From a virus, in IMG/VR virus record IMGVR_UViG_3300010885_055964, positions 1 to 64,000 of that record: a stretch of 64,000 nt of DNA, one strand, 5' to 3'. Shown one piece after another: positions 28,604 through 38,282 of this stretch. The first letter of the stretch is position 1. Each line of letters begins with the position of its first letter. A program made the position numbers and the translations under genes. The notes under the pieces are model-generated. The model was not told the origin of the DNA, made no database searches, and worked only from the letters and a program-made list of their open reading frames with translations.

Positions 28604-29877
28604 TGCTCGCTCCTAAACGCAGTGTCGCGAAAGCAAACATGATTGTTTTGCGGGCCGGTACCGACAATAGTAACAGGAATCTGTGCTACATCCTCGACTC
28701 GCTTAATGAACTGCTTCACCTTGGTCGGAAGTCCATCGAAATCATTTGTTCCATAGCATGACCAATCAATATAGTTTGCGAAGTTGAGTGCTATCTGAGT
28801 GGCACCATTAATCGTTACAGCGTCACGTAGCTGTTCATCCGAGAAGGTGAATACTCTACGTAATCTTTTGGTTACAGTCGTTAGTTCTTTGTCGGCCAAC
28901 GTTGGAGGTGCACCAGCTTGTTCAGCAACTTCTTTCCAACTGATTTCCTTCTGTCCTTCATAAACACCACCAGAGTGACCGACTACTACACCATCTTCAA
29001 CCACGTTACCAACTCGGATTGGGTATGGCCTGATGACCAAATACACATCTCCCATACGCTTGGCTGACAGACCCATATCAGCTAAGTTCTGTACAGCTGT
29101 GGTTCCTCTACTGGTGCACTGAGGGTAATGAGAACCGTGATTAATATCTAACGAAAACCCTTGTGATCCTTCATGCAGAATAGTAAAGCCATCACTCAAC
29201 AACATATCCAAAGACACAGCTATATTCCAGGGCCAAATGTAATTATTATATCCTCCAGCAACCACATACTTTGCTAATTCGGGGCAATCTCTAGCCAATA
29301 TCAGCCCGACCCGACGCATAACTTTATCTGCAAGAAACGCACCACATCCTTGCATCGTACTAGCTATATGCTTTGTACCATCAGTTGAGTTATTTTCTCT
29401 GATTCTTTGTTCATCAGTTATTACTCCTGCTCTTTCGTGAATCCAGATCTTGTTTTCAAGATTGCATTCCTGTATCTCTTGTAACAGCCTTTCAAGGTGA
29501 AATGCGGCTGTTGCGCCTATATAGATTAATGGTCTGTAAGGAATTGGGATGTTGTTATTCACAGCATTCACAGCTTCATCAACTGAATCACAAGGTATTG
29601 GATCAGTAGCGTTATGACTTCCCTCCCTCCACCCGGTCAATCTAGGCTTGACTACCCAAGGCTGAGCAGCCCATTTATTAATAGCCGCACACGATGGAAC
29701 TGCCTTAGCAACAAATGCATCACCTAGATTATTGACTGCGGTATGGCCGGCATTAGCCATGTTAGTGGTTGATATGATTTGTGGTTGATAGCGGTACGCC
29801 AAAGCAGTAGAAATCAAGCCTTTACCGCAAGAACCCCATTGTCCGTCTGTCACAACATTAAACTTTTGCTTCTGCAT
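28600..29877 (-). CDS. purZ: PurA-family synthetase with PurZ (2-amino-dAMP pathway) signatures
   Basis: GQWGSCGKG (Ser at PurA Asp13), NMANAGHT, EGSQGFSL, YPQCTSR, YPIRVG, ELTTVTKRLRRVFTFS, LNFANY. Confidence 0.82.
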   Translation of the reverse strand: MQKQKFNVVTDGQWGSCGKGLISTALAYRYQPQIISTTNMANAGHTAVNNLGDAFVAKAVPSCAAINKWAAQPWVVKPRLTGWREGSHNATDPIPCDSVDEAVNAVNNNIPIPYRPLIYIGATAAFHLERLLQEIQECNLENKIWIHERAGVITDEQRIRENNSTDGTKHIASTMQGCGAFLADKVMRRVGLILARDCPELAKYVVAGGYNNYIWPWNIAVSLDMLLSDGFTILHEGSQGFSLDINHGSHYPQCTSRGTTAVQNLADMGLSAKRMGDVYLVIRPYPIRVGNVVEDGVVVGHSGGVYEGQKEISWKEVAEQAGAPPTLADKELTTVTKRLRRVFTFSDEQLRDAVTINGATQIALNFANYIDWSCYGTNDFDGLPTKVKQFIKRVEDVAQIPVTIVGTGPQNNHVCFRDTAFRSEQ

Positions 29878-29933
29878 TTGTTACTCCGATTAATAGTTTA
29901 TCTAACTTGTAATCTAATACACCAACCGAGATA

Positions 29934-30371
29934 CTAAATACCAGATGACCTTAACAATTTGGACGAATCTACATCATATCCATCTTTTAGCCAATCTGAT
30001 ATGTGCTTCCGAAAATTTTTCCTGCCGACTATATTACTACTATCGTCTAATAGATCAATAGCGTCTGGCAACGATAATATTTTGATCATTATGTCCCTTA
30101 TACAACCATTTTCGTTTTTGATAATATGTTTAACAGCTACCATATTCTTGCTCTGCAATAGTCTTTTTATCTTCATAGCTAGAAGAATTCTCTCTAGATC
30201 CTTTACTTTTTCATCTATGTCTGTAGACAAAGACACTCGTTCCTGATTCAACCATTCATCTGTTTTGGTGATCAGGTCTAATTCATTCTTCAACTGTTTA
30301 GTCAATACATCTAAATCTTCTTTATACATGTCTGTCCACCCATTCGTTAGGCATCCATATCCTAATACCAT
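29934..30371 (-). CDS. Hypothetical coiled-coil protein
   Basis: 145-aa ORF. Confidence 0.55.
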   Translation of the reverse strand: MVLGYGCLTNGWTDMYKEDLDVLTKQLKNELDLITKTDEWLNQERVSLSTDIDEKVKDLERILLAMKIKRLLQSKNMVAVKHIIKNENGCIRDIMIKILSLPDAIDLLDDSSNIVGRKNFRKHISDWLKDGYDVDSSKLLRSSGI

Positions 30372-30648
30372 TCACTTCCAATCTAACATGCTTGTGTTTA
30401 ATACCGCAAACCAGTGCTATTTCTTGATAGTAAGGATGCTCCATATTGTTTATTATTACACTCTCGCCCATACGTAAATCTGATACAATAATATGTTGAC
30501 TTACGTCATCCGTTTCTGGCCTTACTATGCATAATTCGATCGACTTAAAGGGCCTGAGGTCTGTAATAGGCTTATTGCACACTGGACACATATCATCTTG
30601 AATATCTATCGTACTACTACAATTGGGGCATGATATATTATTCTTCAT
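30322..30648 (-). CDS. Zinc-ribbon plus SH3/KOW-like protein
   Basis: CPNC...CPVC; short beta-rich C-terminus. Confidence 0.55.
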   Translation of the reverse strand: MKNNISCPNCSSTIDIQDDMCPVCNKPITDLRPFKSIELCIVRPETDDVSQHIIVSDLRMGESVIINNMEHPYYQEIALVCGIKHKHVRLEVNGIRIWMPNEWVDRHV

Positions 30649-31330
30649 ATAATAGTTTTCTTAGCTCCTCCGCTGGCTGACTTTGATATTCTTTAATTAT
30701 AGTCTTAGCTTGGGATAGGTTAACAGCGAATCTTTTAGCTCTCTTACATTGAATCAAAGCCCTAAAGTTACTTATGTTGCCTGATACTTTGATAGGTGTT
30801 TTGACGGTGGCAGATACCTTATCTATAAAGTCATTATGTGTTTCAGAATTAGCCTTGATGATCTGTGTTTTGAGCAAAGCATCATTTCGAATGAAACTCG
30901 GAGCCCTGACTGTTTTAATGGCCTCGCAAAGTAGCTGAATATTCTCATCACTTCGTGAAAAAGTGCCTAAAACGAATCTGATTTCATGTAGCTCAGTTAG
31001 GTGATTTCTAATAAAATCAGTCAAGGCTTTGATTTCATTTTTCGTTTCTGCCATGTTCTTCTTGTCGGTGAGCAATATCTCAAATCCTTCAACTTCCAGA
31101 GCATCTGTAGATAAACCTCTCATCTTGAGCAACCCATAATTGTTGCCCTTAGGCCAATCAATCGGTGTAATTATTTTATAATTAGCTTGTTGCTGTGCTC
31201 TAAGGATATAAGCCTCACTAGATAGGTCGGGATGCACTACCATAGCAGGCAATTTGTACTTGGCACTTATTTGCGAGGCTTCTTGTAATTCATTAGCCTG
31301 CATTACGTCGATTTCTAATGTAGTAATCAT
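30638..31330 (-). CDS. DeoC-like (deoxyribose-phosphate aldolase fold) TIM barrel, probably divergent
   Basis: VVHP, TPIDWPKG...K, IKVSGNI, KRFAVN. Confidence 0.55.
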   Translation of the reverse strand: MITTLEIDVMQANELQEASQISAKYKLPAMVVHPDLSSEAYILRAQQQANYKIITPIDWPKGNNYGLLKMRGLSTDALEVEGFEILLTDKKNMAETKNEIKALTDFIRNHLTELHEIRFVLGTFSRSDENIQLLCEAIKTVRAPSFIRNDALLKTQIIKANSETHNDFIDKVSATVKTPIKVSGNISNFRALIQCKRAKRFAVNLSQAKTIIKEYQSQPAEELRKLLYEE

Positions 31331-31453
31331 CTAGTCATCCTCGTTACGTTAATTAGCATTCATTTATAATACGATTCAAAACCGACATTGTAGCAATTTA
31401 TTATTCAACGACGATTACTATAATAATATTCGTGATTATCTGAATCTAGAGCG

Positions 31454-31732
31454 TTAGTCTTGTTTAGTATTTCTCTCGCGAACTGCTTTTTTCAAAGTCT
31501 CAAACTCTTCAATGCTCATTGGGCACTCAGGGCACTTTGATATTGGCTTGTGAGGTCCTTTATCATAAGATCTCCATTCAGTACCGCACCCACTGCACAC
31601 AGTAATTACTGGCTCAGGCTGTACGGGGATAGGTTGTGGTGTCTGCTGAGGATTGCATCCAGAAAAAATGCTAACCACCAGTATACATAACGATACCACA
31701 CCAGCTAAGAAATGTCTCATATTAAGCTCCAT
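31454..31732 (-). CDS. Putative lipoprotein with zinc ribbon
   Basis: Hydrophobic leader ending FSGC; CSGC...CPEC. Confidence 0.6.
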   Translation of the reverse strand: MELNMRHFLAGVVSLCILVVSIFSGCNPQQTPQPIPVQPEPVITVCSGCGTEWRSYDKGPHKPISKCPECPMSIEEFETLKKAVRERNTKQD

Positions 31733-31799
31733 AATTCATTGTTTGTGTGTCAACAGGATCATCCGAGGTCAGCAATAGCTTGTGGCAAGTCTTTATCCG

Positions 31800-33479
31800 T
31801 CATGGAGAAGGGTCCACAGGCCCAGGAGGAGGTGGCTGAGAAGTGTTATCGCTGCAAGGAGGATCCTGAACATTCGGGCACCAGAAAAAAGGCTCCTGAC
31901 AGCATTCATCAGCTGGTGGTGCTTTAGGTCTCTGTATCCTCCAAGGATATTTAGAGGCCCTGACACCATTAGGGCCGAACCATCTGCCCTTTTCCGCACA
32001 AGGTCCAATTGCCGTAGCAGGAATCCAATTAAATTTGTGCCTATTGAAATTTCTCTTCTTCACACAGCCTGGTTGAGGTTCCCAGTTTGGTAACTCGAGT
32101 TCAGGCACTTCTTCTTGTTGTAGATCTATTCGATAAGATGTGATCTTCTTACATTCGTCCAAAGTCGTTTCTAAAGCTACAAATGTGCTTGTAAAGGCTG
32201 GTGCGTCTGATATTATATCAGCATTTGGAGATATGTTTATAAAACGAGCACATATACTTGTGATCAAATCAGAACACAATGTATAAATCACATCATCTTC
32301 ACAATCTAACCGCACATTGATTATGGGGCAATCAGCTCTGATGCTTTCAGTATCTATCTCGCAATTAACTAGTCTTATCTTACAATCGCCAGGATCACCA
32401 CTTACACCATCAGGCCCTTTTTGCCTTGATTTAATGCCCACTCCTGCCACAAACAATTTATCCCACGAACTGCCTACTGGCAAATAGATAGACCCGCACA
32501 CTATATTAGTATTTCGATCATATTTGATAGATTTTAAGGTATTGTCTAATGACAGTTTATCACTGGGTACGTCAGATCTGAAGCTAACTGTTACTTTATT
32601 AGGTTCAATAGGATCTATTTCGACTATAACCACAGGTTCTAGCTGTGTGGTGACTTCACCATTCATGACCTTACTTAATTTGATCCCACATAAACTAGAA
32701 ACAGATGGCTTAACGCCCATGCTCTGTTGTTGGTAAGCCCATCTAGTTTTCGTAAAATCCTGATATAACTCTGGCCTGCTATCCTTTAAAGGTGCCAAAG
32801 TAGCTTCTAAATAAGCTAATTGCAAAGATTCATTCGATTTCTGGGCAGAGATAGTAGATTTAGGAGGATCAATAGCGTAAACTCTAACAGATATTTCAGG
32901 CACATGATCATTAGGGAGAGGAACAGGTCCTCCTAGTTTTAAGGGAGTAGGGGTAAATATGGCAAAATCTAATCGATTAGTGTTTATGGTGCTAGGGCTA
33001 TAATAAGGTTCAGGCACTGCATGCCTGCCAGAAGGTCCACGATCTCCAGGATCACCTTGAGGACCCCTGGGGCCAGGACACTTATTTTTAAGCAATATTT
33101 GGTAGATTCTTGCTTTATCGACTTCAATCCTGAGCTGATTTTCGCCTTCGGCTTTGAATTTAATCAGTTTATCACTGGACTTAAAATAATACCAATAAGC
33201 ATCACTACCAGGTAATATCTTTAAAGGACGTAGATCAGGATTATTTTTAGTAAAAGCTTCGAGTTTTAATAATTGGTCATAGATATTAGGAGTAATAATA
33301 CCATCTTTATTTTCACTAACTGTATCAGGTAGAGCAATAGTACCTCTACTAATCCAAGCATCTTGACCGGCGTCATATTGATAACGATTGCCATAAGAAT
33401 CACATATTTCGTCACCATGATTAGCTGATAGGGGAAGGTTATCTATTTTACCAGATTTGCAAAAAGGTTGATTTGACAT
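31800..33479 (-). CDS. Virion structural protein with collagen-like segment
   Basis: GPRGPQGDPGDRGPSG and GPDGVSGDPGD; Cys/Pro-rich C-terminus. Confidence 0.65.
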   Translation of the reverse strand: MSNQPFCKSGKIDNLPLSANHGDEICDSYGNRYQYDAGQDAWISRGTIALPDTVSENKDGIITPNIYDQLLKLEAFTKNNPDLRPLKILPGSDAYWYYFKSSDKLIKFKAEGENQLRIEVDKARIYQILLKNKCPGPRGPQGDPGDRGPSGRHAVPEPYYSPSTINTNRLDFAIFTPTPLKLGGPVPLPNDHVPEISVRVYAIDPPKSTISAQKSNESLQLAYLEATLAPLKDSRPELYQDFTKTRWAYQQQSMGVKPSVSSLCGIKLSKVMNGEVTTQLEPVVIVEIDPIEPNKVTVSFRSDVPSDKLSLDNTLKSIKYDRNTNIVCGSIYLPVGSSWDKLFVAGVGIKSRQKGPDGVSGDPGDCKIRLVNCEIDTESIRADCPIINVRLDCEDDVIYTLCSDLITSICARFINISPNADIISDAPAFTSTFVALETTLDECKKITSYRIDLQQEEVPELELPNWEPQPGCVKKRNFNRHKFNWIPATAIGPCAEKGRWFGPNGVRASKYPWRIQRPKAPPADECCQEPFFWCPNVQDPPCSDNTSQPPPPGPVDPSP

Positions 33480-33539
33480 AATAACCTCATTATATATTTA
33501 ATTACAATATAATCAGTCGAAAGAAGACAATCAGATAGT

Positions 33540-34030
33540 CATAATATATGGAAAAGGCTTCCCCGTACTAGTTAAAAACCAAAAATCTGATGAACTTTTT
33601 TGGTTTTAATAAGTCGAGACAGGAACTTACTTATAGTTCCTCTTTAACTCCGACACAAGCACCAACTTTGCCTTTTTGGGGAAGTTTCGTTGGTCGAAGT
33701 GTCGTGTCCTTCTCCTGCCCGTGTCACATTCTGCCAAGAATGTCGAACACTCTATCAGTTTCGGTGCCTCAGGAGATTCGAGTTATTTAGATTCTGTCTA
33801 TTACTGTCAGTCCTTACAATCGTACCTTGGCTTTACATGCTAAGAGCTTTGATGCTGGTACTCATGTCGCAAAACTGATAGACCCCAGGTGGAATCTAAA
33901 CTCGTGACTAATCAACAATTTGACCTGAAGCCTATTGCTTCTCTAGTGTCGGGTGATACTTTTAATCTACAACCTCTTGTTGTAATAGCTATGACAGGTG
34001 GCCCATTACGAAACCCGTTCTATTGCTAGA
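33540..34030. ncRNA. Candidate large structured non-coding RNA (class unassigned)
   Basis: At least 7 inverted-repeat stems, several nested, in an ORF-poor gap between two minus-strand genes. Confidence 0.4.
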
Positions 34031-34167
34031 ACAAGAACACCCTAAAGAACCTATCATAACCCATTGACAGTCACGATACCAACCTAACAGCAAACAGAGC
34101 TGTTATAAATGACTTGATTGTCATAACGATACTGGGATATCGTTAAAAACTCAAATACTTGTAAGAT

Positions 34168-34683
34168 TCACAGTTCTATATAATCTACTTTTGATAACAT
34201 TTCCAAATATTCTTCTGGTATGTTTCTATCATTATTGGTGCTAAATCTCATTAATATACCGTCTTCTTCTCCGAATAAATATTTAGCTATCCCTATAGCC
34301 TTGAACTCATTCTTTTTGAGTAACATGAGCATGGGTAATTTTGTTTCGTTGACCCAAGCATCAATACTACTATTATATATATTATTTAAATCAGTTCGGA
34401 ACATATCTGCTATTAGATATGTTGCTATCTTTTTTCTTCTTTTCTTGGGGTTAACTGTTAGATTAATTATTTGATAATATTTTTCATTCACACTGTAGAA
34501 ATTATATGCTTCAACTTTGTTATTAACTTCAGCTACTTTTGAACTTACATTTTCGTCAAAGAATAGATTAGTTAATGTGTCTATATCCCATGGATGTTGA
34601 TACGATTTGTTTTCTAAATCTAACACTCTATCCACATCAGTATCTACCATCTGCCTCACCGATATATCAATTTTAGCTACCAT
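34168..34683 (-). CDS. GNAT acetyltransferase (RimI-like)
   Basis: LDLENKSYQHPW, INLTVNPKKRRKKIATYL, NEFKAIGIAKYLF. Confidence 0.8.
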   Translation of the reverse strand: MVAKIDISVRQMVDTDVDRVLDLENKSYQHPWDIDTLTNLFFDENVSSKVAEVNNKVEAYNFYSVNEKYYQIINLTVNPKKRRKKIATYLIADMFRTDLNNIYNSSIDAWVNETKLPMLMLLKKNEFKAIGIAKYLFGEEDGILMRFSTNNDRNIPEEYLEMLSKVDYIEL

Positions 34684-34765
34684 TGATATACCTCCTGTTT
34701 ATTTTATATTTTCATATTTCTTATCTCCAGATATATCTATTATATATTACGGGAAAACATATGCA

Positions 34766-35881
34766 TCATACTTCTTCGGTTGATTCCAAAGAATATATCT
34801 CGTCACCTTCATGTACCACTTCAGAGTTACACCTTGTTAGGATTGCTATATCTAAATCTTTGATATTATTACTGTCATCTCTTATCCATGCAGCGAACAT
34901 ATCATTGTTAGTAGTTGGTATATGAGATTGCTTATCCGATTCTTTAGATATTTTTACCTGCTTATTGTATAAATCCATCCATCTAACACTATTAGCCCCT
35001 AGAGCTAATATTCTTGTTTTTAAATCATTCTTTTCATTAGGAGTATATTCTCTTTGTAATGCGATTCTTACTATACAATTTTGGATATCTTGTTGTGTTT
35101 TATTATCTATTTCTGTGTCTAATATGGTTGTGAACTGTGGAGGAGCAGTTAGTTCTGGGAAGAATTTTTCACCAGCTCTCCATATATTAATGAATTTATG
35201 TGTGTCTGCCTCTGTATCGTAAACATAGAATCCATGTGGTACGTCCCCCTCATCGAATTTAAAAGGAATTGGGGAACCTGGATACCATACATTATCTCCT
35301 ATCTGTTGCTTACTATGGAAATGTCCAGTATAAATCCTATGAAATGGCATACCTTCGAAAGATACTATAGACCAATCTTTGATCAAGAAACAGGTATTAA
35401 GTGTAGCGCTGCGAACTCCAATATGTGTGAGTAGATTATCTGTAGGTAAAAATGATGGATGCTTGATGATCGATTTAATAACTTTCATATATGTCTTTTC
35501 GTACGTTATGAATGGCACTATCCAAAATCTGGTACCTTGTATTTCTAAGATGCATATGTCTTCTATTACAGTTAGATGTTTACGTAATGGCGAAAGGCTA
35601 TTGATTTCCCAAGAATGTCTTAAGAACATATCATGGTTACCAGGAAACACGACCCATTGTTGATTATATTGTTCTTTGGTTTGCTCGAAGAAAGCACAGA
35701 CCTTGGAATTGATATCTATTTCTATCGATTGTCTATTATGATATAGGTCACCTAGAACTATGATGGTATCTATGCCAAAAACTCGGCAATATTCTCTGAT
35801 TACTCGGCAAGCCCACAATATATCATCTGTACGGCCAGGCACACCAAAATGAATATCTGCTGTGATACATATCTTTGCCAT
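34766..35881 (-). CDS. sbcD: Mre11/SbcD-like nuclease (T4 gp47-like)
   Basis: ADIHFG, LGDLYH, PGNHD, TGHFH, YPGSP. Confidence 0.9.
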   Translation of the reverse strand: MAKICITADIHFGVPGRTDDILWACRVIREYCRVFGIDTIIVLGDLYHNRQSIEIDINSKVCAFFEQTKEQYNQQWVVFPGNHDMFLRHSWEINSLSPLRKHLTVIEDICILEIQGTRFWIVPFITYEKTYMKVIKSIIKHPSFLPTDNLLTHIGVRSATLNTCFLIKDWSIVSFEGMPFHRIYTGHFHSKQQIGDNVWYPGSPIPFKFDEGDVPHGFYVYDTEADTHKFINIWRAGEKFFPELTAPPQFTTILDTEIDNKTQQDIQNCIVRIALQREYTPNEKNDLKTRILALGANSVRWMDLYNKQVKISKESDKQSHIPTTNNDMFAAWIRDDSNNIKDLDIAILTRCNSEVVHEGDEIYSLESTEEV

Positions 35882-35945
35882 TTTTACTCCTCTATATTGA
35901 TAGGATGACTTTAATTAATTCTAATACATGTAGGCTCTGGATATA

Positions 35946-37013
35946 GTGATACACAATATGCCAATAAATAAATTAACTATAAAAGATAGAAAAACTATTT
36001 ATAGTTACGTGGAGATATTTAATACCTTATATGAGGATTTTGGAATTAAATTGTTCGCTATTGGTGGGACATTATTAGGTGCGATGCGAGAACATGACGT
36101 GATTGAATGGGATGATGATATAGATTATGGTTTGTGTGTAGATGATTTTAAGAAGATGTACGATACGAAGCTTATAAGATTTTTAAATGACAGAGGGTTG
36201 GTCTTATTTAAAAAGAAAGGAATCAAATATGACCACATTTGGCATTTGTTTAAAACAAATACGGGCTTTAGACAAGACGATGTGATAAACATAACCCATT
36301 CCGATTACCATAATATAATGGGTCACAGGCATGGCGATGTGATACCTGAGAATAATATCTGTGCTGATATGTTTGGGTATCAATTATATGATGGTCGATA
36401 TTACTTAAAAAGGGATGGAAAGTACATTCAACCTATATCCTCGAGTGCTATTGAACATGATTTGGTCAAATACCAATTTGGTAAAACTAATATTTTTTCT
36501 ATATGTGAGCCTACGGTTTATCTTACCACTACTTATGGTCCTGATTGGATGACTCCCAAGGCACACCAAGTACATCGCAAACATTTTATAAGAGATAACG
36601 TTGATATAATATATATTATTGGTGTCTTCGACGTGTTGCATTCCGGTCATTATAATTTGTTTCATAGATGCAAATCTTCGAATTGTAAGATAATTATAGG
36701 CGTGTGCTCAGATAGGTTGGTACGATTGACAAAAGGACTTGAATGCTTATTTGATCAACAGCTCAGATCTAGCATGATTGAGCGATTGGACATTGTACAA
36801 CAAGTAATAATATATGATGAAATGGATCAGTCTATTAATCTGATAAGACACAATGTGGATGTCTTTGTAGTCCCGCCTGATTATGGTAGTTTAGAGGGCC
36901 ACGCTCAAGGCTTGTTATTGTGTGATAGGTTAGGAATCAAGGTGCAAAGATTACCGAGAACCAATGGGATTAGTAGCTCGCATATCAAAGAAGCGATAAG
37001 AAAGTCGATGTAG
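35946..37013 (+). CDS. LicD phosphotransferase fused to a cytidylyltransferase
   Basis: GGTLLGAMREHDVIEWDDDID, YLTTTYGPDW; C-terminal GVFDVLHSGH, RTNGISSS. Confidence 0.88.
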   Translation: MIHNMPINKLTIKDRKTIYSYVEIFNTLYEDFGIKLFAIGGTLLGAMREHDVIEWDDDIDYGLCVDDFKKMYDTKLIRFLNDRGLVLFKKKGIKYDHIWHLFKTNTGFRQDDVINITHSDYHNIMGHRHGDVIPENNICADMFGYQLYDGRYYLKRDGKYIQPISSSAIEHDLVKYQFGKTNIFSICEPTVYLTTTYGPDWMTPKAHQVHRKHFIRDNVDIIYIIGVFDVLHSGHYNLFHRCKSSNCKIIIGVCSDRLVRLTKGLECLFDQQLRSSMIERLDIVQQVIIYDEMDQSINLIRHNVDVFVVPPDYGSLEGHAQGLLLCDRLGIKVQRLPRTNGISSSHIKEAIRKSM

Positions 37014-37015
37014 TA

Positions 37016-37666
37016 ATGACTAAAGATCAGATCAACTTAGAGACAGTAGCCCGTCTTTTTTGGCAATCTAGGTCTACATATCCTAACTATGGGTTTATTA
37101 AGAGAAGAAGGTTTTATGAGGTGTCATATATTCTTGAGAAAGTAAGCTTTAAGCGTATCGATAAATTAGTAGATTTAGGTTGTGGTGATGGTGGTTTGGT
37201 TAAATGCTTAGATAACTTTTTAGATATCGGCCACATATATTGTTATGACTATTCTGTTTCTCTGATGGATAATATATATGATCCTAAAATCGACAAGCAT
37301 CTATTCGACATAAATGATTTTGCTTATTATAGGAATCTACCCAAGTGTGATTTATTAGTGTTCGGGGGCGTTCTTAATTTCATGTTTGATGATCGTGTGG
37401 CCGTACATTTGTTGGCTCATTTCGATGCTGAGCATATTTTTATCAGGTGTCCTTGTACACAAAAGCCAGATGATGAGGTGGTTAATGTATTCAGTGACCA
37501 ATTGAATTCTTACTACTCGAGCGTGTATAGGACAGTAAAAAATACTATACGATTAATTGAGCAATCTGGCTTGACGATAAATCAGTGTGTCAGAATTTAT
37601 CCTGATGATATAGAGAGCAGCTTTGGTACTAAGCAACAGATGTTTTACTGCACCAGAAAAGGGTAA
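37016..37666 (+). CDS. Class I SAM-dependent methyltransferase
   Basis: VDLGCGDG, CYDYS, GGVLNF. Confidence 0.75.
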   Translation: MTKDQINLETVARLFWQSRSTYPNYGFIKRRRFYEVSYILEKVSFKRIDKLVDLGCGDGGLVKCLDNFLDIGHIYCYDYSVSLMDNIYDPKIDKHLFDINDFAYYRNLPKCDLLVFGGVLNFMFDDRVAVHLLAHFDAEHIFIRCPCTQKPDDEVVNVFSDQLNSYYSSVYRTVKNTIRLIEQSGLTINQCVRIYPDDIESSFGTKQQMFYCTRKG

Positions 37667-37671
37667 ATTAA

Positions 37672-38160
37672 ATGTTTAATGCCGCACTAATATCTTTAAC
37701 AGGCGGGCAGTCATACAAGTCAGTCGAAATATGTGAGTTTAAAGATTTTGATAAGTTGGGTATCCAACCAATATTAGGTCAAAGTACTTCTTGTTTTTAC
37801 AGTGACCGCAAATGTATTGTATTGCATAATTGGTCTATTGCTTTGATTCATTTAAATAAAGATCATATCAAGTCTGGTATATATATAAATAGGTTGATTT
37901 TGTCAGGTGGTATTTCTTTTTCTGATGTTACGTTGATAGACCAATCTAGATTAGGTGATCTGAATATTCCTGATTATTTTAATAATGAACAAAACCAATT
38001 CACATTTTCGCACAGAGAAGGAACGTTTTTGACCAATTCTAATCATGTGATCACGGCGGATATGCCTAATAATAGATTTGTTGGATTGACTAAGAAGTTC
38101 AGTTATAGCCAGAAAACCGTCAAGCAGAGTATACAACCTAGAATCAATAATGCTAAATAG
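37672..38160 (+). CDS. Hypothetical protein
   Basis: 162-aa ORF in the plus-strand run. Confidence 0.5.
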   Translation: MFNAALISLTGGQSYKSVEICEFKDFDKLGIQPILGQSTSCFYSDRKCIVLHNWSIALIHLNKDHIKSGIYINRLILSGGISFSDVTLIDQSRLGDLNIPDYFNNEQNQFTFSHREGTFLTNSNHVITADMPNNRFVGLTKKFSYSQKTVKQSIQPRINNAK

Positions 38161-38282
38161 ATTAGGTCGATTGCCACATATTACGTGTATTTGACATAAA
38201 CACACCCGTCGTACCTCTCCCATCTACGGAAGGTGACGTACATCAAGGACGGGTTTATATTCTCGATTAATAGGACCATTTC

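Noticed and set aside
28600-29877. Ordinary adenylosuccinate synthetase (purA)
   Set aside because: Lacks the catalytic Asp of GDEGKG and the TKLD GTP-specificity motif; has PurZ-type Ser and NFxNY instead
33586-33625. Hammerhead ribozyme (CTGATGA core)
   Set aside because: No correctly placed GAAA after a stem II; the motif lies in a simple hairpin loop
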